A stretch of 64,000 bases of DNA. Origin: Cycas panzhihuaensis. Lineage: Eukaryota; Plantae; Cycadophyta. The stretch lies in contig CM041465.1 of assembly GCA_023213395.1 (NCBI GenBank), positions 154,697,741 to 154,761,740 on the forward strand, in the 5' to 3' direction. The notes beneath the pieces were generated by a model. That model did not search any database, was not told the DNA's origin, and was given only the letters and a program-made list of their open reading frames with translations. The position numbers and the translations under genes are program-made. Of this stretch, positions 55,407 to 64,000 are shown in pieces; the first letter of the stretch is position 1; every line of letters begins with the position of its first letter.

Positions 55407-56879
55407 ACTTGTAAGGTTATTTACAGTTATTATCTTTTAAAGAGAAAGTTCTTTAGTACTCCTTTTGGTTCTCATTGTGTTTCATGTAATCTGTTTAAGT
55501 GTTTCATACTAAATAAATGCAGTATTTAGTCTTTCATCTCTCATTGTACTAAATTTGTGAGGTTAGTTTTCAAGTAGAAATACTTTAAATGGTATCAGAT
55601 CCTAGCTTGGTAATTCTATCGAGGTATTTTGGGAGTAAGAAAAAGAGATTTTTTTTTTCTCTTTGTGATATTCAAAATCCTTCTTCTACAAAAATTTATT
55701 TAATTTTCTATCATCTTTATTTTTTATAATTTTTATATTTAGATATTTCTATTGAGATATGTTTCTTCCCTTCCTCTCTTTACTCAAGTAGATAACTCTA
55801 TTTAGTAGCTACTTGATTTAGTAGAGACACTATACTAGGGGTCTATAAAAATCATAGTGATCTGTCATTCTAGATAAATGTACCATGGCTTTTTTGCCCC
55901 TTACATAAAAGACTAGAGGTAACACTCCTCAATTTAACCCTAGATAAAATTTGGCTATGGAATTATGCCTCCACATACCCTCAAGTATATAGGAGGATCC
56001 TATAGGCTTCTTTTTCTATCCTAGCATGGGTAGCTTTATGATTATTTGTCTGTTATGGTGCATGGGTTAGTGGTTAGTACCTAGAAATTACTCTGCACGA
56101 ATACCTTTATATGGTTGTAGACCTTATGAAGATGGTCATTCCTGCATAGGTAATGCCTTGAGATATTAGGTCAAGTTATAATATTGATAAAGAATTTTAT
56201 GGTAGACTCTATAAAATCAAACACTTCTCTATCAAGTTTCTAATAGGCTTCCCCAAAGATAACATCGAATCTATGACACAATTATCACCCATTCAATTAC
56301 TACAAAGCATAGCCTAGAAAGTAAGGGTTGTAACTTTCTTATATTGAACAAATTCAAAAATGGGATAAATAGGCAAGTTATCCATGAAAAAAAAAAGTCC
56401 ATGGAAAAAACATTAATGTTAAAATACATATATCTTATTTTGATCAATACATTGCACTAATCATTTTGTAATAGGTCAATTTTTATAGAGAGTTTTTATA
56501 CCTAATGATACCTGGATCACTGGTATGCCTCATCTCCTAAATTTCACCCTTTAATCTCACCTATCCCATTTTGATAAGCTCTTTGTGCTCATCCAAGTGG
56601 ATTGGTATCTTGTTTATGTAATTTTTAGGATCAACATGCTATAGACACCTCACATCCCCCCTCCTTACCCCCATTTATTCCTTTTAATATCTCCTTAGTT
56701 CTTAAATTATGTTCTTTCTTGCTCCTTCCCACATCATATATTTTTCCTTCTTTCTACTTATTCCCACTCCTTTAATCCTATTATGTAGTTTTAATAGTAC
56801 CAACATAACGAGGGAAATTTATTGGCATACACTAAGACTTGCAAAATTTTAAATAAGAAATGTAGAGTATAATCAGCAA

Positions 56880-59800
56880 TATGCCTACAAAAGTAGATCT
56901 TTCTGAAATTAAAAAATAACTTTTTGAGATGATCTAGCACATGTTATAACCTCAATCCTAAAGCATAGGGACATCAAATATAATAGGCAATGCTCCTCCT
57001 CCTTTCCAAGGAAGCAATGCACCCTTAGGAAATTACCCACTAAGGCAACCACCCTTACAATATAAGATCAACATCCCTCCCTCTGATCTAGATCTAAATA
57101 GAAAGAGGACTCATATATAGATCAATAAGTTAGAATCATACTTCACACTCCATCTAATATCTGAGAAAGATCAACTCTTATATACCTCCATCCACCTAGA
57201 TGGAAGAGTCCATCATTGGTTTAATTGGTGGAAACAGGAATACCCTCTAACCAAACGTGGTCATACTTCACAAGTTATTTCTTTGAAGAGTATGAGAACA
57301 TATGGAATCAATTCTTTTTCACTAAACTTATATAACTTAAACAAACAACAATACTAGAGGCTTTCACTGATAAATTCTAAGCTTTGTATAATCCCTCTCT
57401 ACAAAGTTAAAACTTAGACAAATAGATAGTGATCAATATTTATGTGGTTAGATAGGATCATATCTAGATATGACTCAAGATAATGGTAGTGTACTCAATC
57501 AAGGAATCCTTCAAATAGGCTTAAGTAGTAAAGCTAAATTTGTAGTTGATAGACCTCCAACCACTTATAGCGATAAACCCTTGTTTTCACGCCATTGATA
57601 ATCATATTCTCAATGACTACAACCCTAATTTAATGATGTCATTTATTTTTAATTTGATTTCTCATATCCAAGATTACTATAGGATGATCCCACCTACTTG
57701 GCTACTAATCAATAGAGTGAAGATCCCTCTACTAAATAGGTTTAAATTTTGGAAGCTGAAGTATAATGTCGACTAAAGGCTGACCTTTGTATGCAATGCA
57801 CAGAAAAGTGGACTCGTGAGTATGGTCACATTTGCAAGGTGTTGTGCATGATCTTTTTTATTGACTTATCCCTATCCCCTTACAAAACCTCTAATTTTGA
57901 TTCTGAACATAAAGTGAATGATGAAATCTAAGAAGCCCCCACCTCAGACCCTTATCCTGAATTATTGTTATCAATTATCACCTCTACTTCTTGCCCTGAA
58001 CCACTATGTATAAAAGGCATTCTCTACAAGACTCTGATATTAATCTTAATTGATGATGGTGTGAAACTAAATTTTCTTGATATCTCTTTAGCCCAATAAC
58101 TTAGTTTCCATATAGTCCTAAAGCATGCTTTACATGTTCCCTGTTGAGGTGCTAGAAGCTCCATTATGCTAGTGTTATTAAAAATCTATAGGTCTAAATT
58201 GACAACTATATTTTGGTCTCAAACTTATATGCATGATCTATAGGAGGGTTAGATACTATCTTAGGGATTTAGAGGCTTTAAACCTTATGGACTTATAGTA
58301 TAAACAACTCACCCATAAATCCATTCACTGTATTCAAAGTTAAAATGGGTTAGACTCATAAAATCTATAGGATGCAATTCCTTTTGAATCAAGTGGTTTT
58401 ACTATGATATATGAGACATCATCTTTAATTCCACCTTGGATATATAGTTTACCTTAACAATATTTATATTGAACTATAAATTCACCCACATATCTAAGAC
58501 ATCATCATCAAATATGAATAGCTATTTTCCCTCTTACCTACTACTACCCCACCTGATCATGGTTTTTATCACACTATTGAACTCTAATATAATCATAATT
58601 CCATTAACTTAAGACCTTATTACAATTCATACTTAAAAAAAAAAAAAATTAAGAGACTCACTATCGGACTCATGGACATGGGCATAATCCAGCGAAGCAA
58701 AATCCCTTATGTAGCTCCAATAGTCTTGGTTGGGAAGAAAGATGGTTCATTCTACCTCTATGTTGTTTATAGGGAATTAAATAAGATGATTATAAAAAAT
58801 AAGTTCCTCACCCCGTGAATAAATGACATGTTAGATGAAATTCATGGCACATCTATGTTTCCTAAGTTAGGCCTTTAGTCTGGTTACTACCATATCCTAA
58901 TTACCCCAAAAGATTGTCATAAGATGGTATTCTAGATACATCATAGCCATTTCAAGTTTTGAGCAATGCCTTTTGAGTTTTATAATGCCCCAATGACTTT
59001 CTAAATTCTCATGAACAAGATTTTTGACCCCTATCTTCAAAAATTCATCATTATCTTCTTTGATGATATCTTTATTTATAGTGCTTATTTATACCACCAT
59101 ATTCAACACCTATAACTCATTCTTCAAACATTACAAAAATACCAACTCTATGCAAAATTATGTAAGCATAAGTTTGGGTAATCAGAACTCCAATACTTGG
59201 GGTATATTATATCATTGAAAGGGGTACAAGTGGACATTGATAAAATATTTGTCATCACGACTTAGTCGATACCAACCACCCTTACCCAACTATGAACATT
59301 CCTTAGCCTCATAGGGTTTTACCATCATTTTATGCATAACTACGCCTCCCTCACTATCCCCTTAACCAATATCTTTTTCAAAACACCTTCTAATGGTCTT
59401 CAAAGGCTAATGCCACCTTTTCTTATATCAAGGTAGTCATGTTCTTTGCTCTAGCCATCATCACTCCTGATTTCAACCAACCTTTCTAACTTGAATATGA
59501 GACATATGGATTCAACATAGATGTTGTCCTAATGTAATAATTTCATCCCATTATATTCAAGAGTCAAAAATTAAAAGATTATGAGCTCTGCCTTTCCACA
59601 TATTAGAAGGAGATGAAAGTTAATTTATATGCTATTAACAAATAGCAGTAATAACTCTTAGTCTCCAAATTTACTATTCTCACAGATCATCATAGCCTCC
59701 ATAATCTATTGGATCAACCACTTTTATTTGAAGAATAGACTAATTGGGTTCACTATTTATAGTTTTTTGACTTTTTAATATCTTATAAAGAAGTCAAATA

Positions 59801-61290
59801 TAATACGATCATGGATGCCTTTCACATCTGCACCCTAATTCTAGTGCTCCAACCCTAGCTTTTATGCCATATCTAAGCCCCAACCCCTTTGACTCAATGA
59901 ATTATAAGCTAAAAACTAGACCCATCCTAACTATGCTAATTAGAATAAAAATGTTTTCACCTATAAATATTGGTCAACCTTCAACAACCACCTACTCTTT
60001 TAAAACTGCATCTTTATACACCCATCCTCCTCATTCATCCTTAAAATCTTAACAGAATACCACTCTTTCCCCCTTAGGGGCCACTCATATTTTAATAAAA
60101 CTTATTGACATATCCATCGTGATTTCTTTTTGCCTCACATGAAGCCTATCATATTCACTTTTGTATTATAGTATAATATGTTTCAATAGAATAAGGTTGA
60201 TACTAAAGCCCTCTTGAGACATCTCTCTAGCTATTAAATATTTTGTAAGGTAAGTGGTAGGATATTACCATGGATTTTATCATAGGATTATTTCCATCTA
60301 TTGGGATTGATTCTATTTAGAAGGTCATTAATAGATTAACCAAGTATTCACACTTCCTCCTAGTTCACACCTCATATATGTCATCTTACCTTGCCAACTT
60401 ATATGTCTAATATATATTTGCCTTCACATTCTCTTCTTGATTATTATTTATGATCGAGATCCCAAGTTCACTAGATCTCTTTAGCAAGAACTCTTTAAGG
60501 TTATAGGAACTTCATTCAACATGAGTTTGGCCTACCTCCCTTAAACAAATGGCCAATGTAAAGTCTTGAATAAAGCTCTAGAAACATACCTATGTTGTTT
60601 TACCTCAAAATACTAAGCTAAGTGGATATCTCAGTTTTCTCTTATAGAGTACTAATATAGTTCTTCTCACCACTCAACTATTAGTATGTCCCCATTTTTT
60701 GCCCTTTATGGCTACCACCCCCCTTCCTACTATACCTTGGCCACTAGTTTTTGAATGACCTTAGTCTAATAAAAGCATGAAGAAATGGACTAAATACTTT
60801 ATATCCTTTGATAAAAATTGACTACTGCACAAAATCACATAAAGTAACCTATCGATTTCCACCAGTTTAATCAATCATTTCATATTAGATATCTAGTGTT
60901 CCTCTACCTCTAACCATACAAATAATAGTCCCTTAAGTCTCATCAAGGTTATAACTAAGCCTACACTATTATAGCTCCTATAAAATCCTCCACAAAATTA
61001 GTGAAGTTGCATATGCCCTTAAACTCCCTCTAAACACTAATATCCATAATGTCTTCCACATCTCTTACTTAAAAAAATATTTGGTAGCTAAAGTTATATC
61101 CTATACCATCATACCTATACTTACTCATGAGCAAACCCTCACAATCTCACTTGATAGAAACATCACTAACCACTATCATTGTATCTAAAATTGCACTATT
61201 TTTGAGCATATGGTATAATGGGTTGATTATGGTGCAGATGAAGTAACTTAGGAATTTAATAAGTTCTTCTAGTAATATTCTCATCTCCAA
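56880..61290 (+). pseudogene. Ty3/gypsy gag-pol remnant with chromodomain (element H)
   Basis: GIIQRSKIPYVAPIVLVGKKDGS, FIIIFFDDIFIYS, IHNVFHISYLKK, and a chromodomain-like tail. Confidence 0.85.
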
Positions 61291-61324
61291 TGCTATGAGG
61301 ACTCAATATCTCAAAGGGGGGACC

Positions 61325-61690
61325 TATAACATGGCTGCACTTTCTTAAGCATTAATAAGCAGGAACCACCAAAGGGTTAAGAATTGATATTAGTTATTAA
61401 GCTTTACATATGGACCACTAAGCCACTCCAATAAGATATAAGGCTACTAAGGCTACCAATAAGGTCACAAGAAAGAGTCCCCCTCTATGTCTATTTAAAA
61501 GTTGAAGATCGCTTATAAGGTTATTCACAATTATTATCTTTTGAAGAGAAAGTACTTCAGTACTCCCTTTAATGCTTACTGTGTTTTATATGACCTATTT
61601 GAGTGTTTTATTCTTAAAAGTATAATTTTTAGTCTTTCATCTCCTATTGTATTGAATTTACAAGGCTAGTTTTCTAGAAGAAATGCTTTA
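61325..61690 (+). repeat. 3' LTR of element H
   Basis: Aligns with the rejoined 49901-50091 + 55412-55587, and with the reverse complement of the G LTRs. Confidence 0.88.
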
Positions 61691-61695
61691 TAGAT

Positions 61696-63080
61696 ACTAA
61701 CAACTCTAGTGATCTTATTTTGTATGATGAAATAAAGCATGATCTACGATGGAGAGCTATAATAGAGGATGAGTATGGTTCACTCAAGAAGAATAACACA
61801 TAAGATTTAGTTCTTCTCCCTCTAAAGAAGAACCTAATTAGATGCAAGTGGGTCCATAAGAGAGGTGGACAAGTATAAGGCCAAGCTTGGCACTTAAGGG
61901 TTTAAGTAGAAAGAAGGAATTGATTATGAGTAGACAATTGCACTAACCTCCAAGATAAAGATGGACTAATTGATCATTTTCTTAGCAATTGCATATGGTT
62001 GGGAGTTACATTAGATAGATGTTAAATTTATATGTCTTAATAGAGATCTAATGGAAGATATTTACATGTTGTAGCCTCTAGGATTCATTAAGAAATGCTA
62101 GAAGCATCTTGTGTGCCATTTGAAAAAATCACTTTGTGGTATGAAACAAGCATCCCATGCTTGGTATAAGAAGGTCGATGGCAAGTTAAAGGTAGAAGAA
62201 TGTATTATTCCAGATGTATACTCAAATCTATACTCATATCTCATATCACTTTACTACTTCTTGGGCATTGAAGTTAGGTAGATAGAAGATCAAATTGTAA
62301 TGTTGTAGATAAAATACGTGAATAATCTAATGTAAAAGTTTGGGATATATGATTGCAAGTTGATTATAATACAATGTGCTAAGGGTATGAAGCTGTAAAA
62401 AGATATGGCCAAACCCTTTATAAATGAAATAATGTAACATTAATTGGTAAGGAGTCTAATTTATTTGACTCATACTATACTGGATATTGCACATGTTATT
62501 AGATTGATTTCCTAATATATGTTGAATCCTCATAAACTGCATTAGGTTGTAACGAAGTAGATTCTTAAGTACTTGGAGGAGACACTCACTCTTAGTCATG
62601 AATACCTTCATAGTGAAGAGATAAAGTTGTATGGATACACTAATACTAATTGGGGAAGAGACTCTAGTGATCGAAAATCCATTATTAGATACATCTTTGG
62701 TGTTGGTATTGGATTTATTTTATGGTAGTTGAAGAAGAAATAAACTATGCTATTACCTTCTATAAAAGCAAAATAATAAGGACTTAGTGTTGGTGCTAAA
62801 GAAGTTGTATGGTTGTAAGGTGTATTAGGAGTTTTTGGAGTTTTAAACAGTCGTCCAATTATTTTTGTTAATAATCAAAGTACCATTCACTTATTAAAGA
62901 ATCTGAAGTTTCATATTCATACAAAGCACATCGATATATAACACTACTATATTGGTGAACAGATCAAGTGAATGAAGTTGTAAGTTAACTATTATCTGAG
63001 TGAATGTCAACTTATGGATGTCTTTACTAGAATGCTTATTAAAGATTAATTCAGAAAGATATGTACCATATTAGGATTCA
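61696..63080 (+). pseudogene. copia RT/RNase H remnant (element F, 3' part)
   Basis: WRAIIEDEYGSLKKNNT*DLV..IRCKWV, GMKQASHAWYKK, HTKHIDI. Confidence 0.8.
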
Positions 63081-63199
63081 CATATATAATCCTTAAGTGG
63101 GAATGTATCTATAAGGATAAAGAAGTAGGACAGTCCCAACCTTCATGATAATACAACTACTACAGGTTGTAGATATCTGGCATTTACATTAAGGGGGGA

Positions 63200-63531
63200 T
63201 GTTAGCATGGCAGTTATTTGTTAAGTCACTTGTTAATGTTAATGTGTTGGTTTAATGAAATGGTACAAGTTATGTAGAGGGTCACAACCCTTATTGGTTG
63301 ACACCTCTTGTAAGGATTATAAATATCTTAGAGACCTTGTATATTCATACCAATCAAGTGATAATCAATGTGATCAATAGATTTTTATGGTAGATTTCTT
63401 CTTGAAAGGGTTTCCCATGTAAATCCTATGTACCGTGTAAGTGTTTTATATGTTTATCTTGTTTGTTTTTTGTGTATGGTGAAAGATTCTACGGATGTAA
63501 ATATGTATGCATTCATTTATGTTTCTTAACA
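63200..63531 (+). repeat. 3' LTR of element F
   Basis: Aligns with 40147-40491 and follows the PPT. Confidence 0.88.
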
Positions 63532-64000
63532 ATGACCTATAAATTACAAGTTCATACTAATATTGGCACTTCACTTTAAATGCAAAATTCATTAGATTAT
63601 AGTATAAAATCTTATCAAGTGTTTTGTGACTTGCTTTGGTGTAAATAGTGGAAAAATGAGATATCTAGTACTAAGATTACATAAGGTTGGATATCAAATT
63701 TTTTTTATATAAATGATATGATTTTACTATGTTAGTTGACTCTAATTAGTGCTAAAAATAATTGGAATCCTTCTAGTATTGGTGTCTAGACACTAAATCC
63801 TCTAAAGCTAAAGTTAGGAAGGTTTTATCTTTTCTGAGACACCCACGTAATAGATCCAAATGATGCAAACTTACCCAGAAGGCTAAGAGCATGTTGAACT
63901 CCCCACATGTCTATGATTTTAGAGAGGACAAATTCGACTTAATTGACATCTTCTAGATGTAGGCTAGTAATATGTCGAAAGGGAGGGTTATACTTAAACA

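Larger units (their letters stand above)
49901..61690 (+). mobile_element. Element H: decayed chromovirus-type Ty3/gypsy (same family as G and probably A), with its 5' LTR split by element I
   Basis: 5' LTR at 49901-50091 plus 55412-55587; 3' LTR at 61325-61690. TSD tagac/tagat. PBS tggtatcaga at 55590. PPT aaagggggggacc before 61325. RT at ~58660-59250. Chromodomain-like FEHMV*WVDYGADEVT*E at ~61200-61255. Confidence 0.92.
40147..63531 (+). mobile_element. Element F: old Ty1/copia hosting G, H and I
   Basis: LTRs 40147-40491 and 63200-63531 (TG..CA). PBS tggtattaaag at 40492. PPT aagggggga at 63191-63199. Gag from ATG 47556 (VILNGNNFDE*K), integrase at ~48940-49600, RT/RNase H at ~61700-63070. 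TSD unconvincing (attgt/atgac). Confidence 0.85.

Noticed and set aside
63532-64000. Possible host exon or further element at the window end
   Set aside because: No ORF or motif that could be recognised.

Overview
AT-rich plant-type heterochromatic window made almost entirely of nested LTR retrotransposons. No host gene, RNA gene or CRISPR array is recognisable. The pervasive C>T/G>A decay suggests a heavily methylated, large-genome plant; a gymnosperm origin is only an inference. Labels used: A = decayed Ty3/gypsy (1-8644, -) split by a 3.17-kb non-coding insert (1211-4377). B = non-autonomous copia derivative (9691-13347, -). C = decayed full-length copia (14533-22843, -). A ~4.6-copy tandem array of a ~1.39-kb copia gag+protease unit with no LTRs (~23238-39522, -). 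D = non-autonomous copia derivative inserted in that array (26279-36213, +). E = young copia inside D (28453-33700, -). F = old copia (40147-63531, +) containing two same-family chromoviruses in inverted orientation, G (41207-46915, -) and H (49901-61690, +). I = Tork/Tnt1-like copia (50092-55406, +) inside the 5' LTR of H. The most unusual items are the LTR-less gag-protease tandem array, the shared gagN/linker/RNaseH-tail architecture of B and D, the double PBS/double PPT of F, and the G/H inverted pair. All alignments and counts were made by eye, so boundaries lacking a TSD are approximate.
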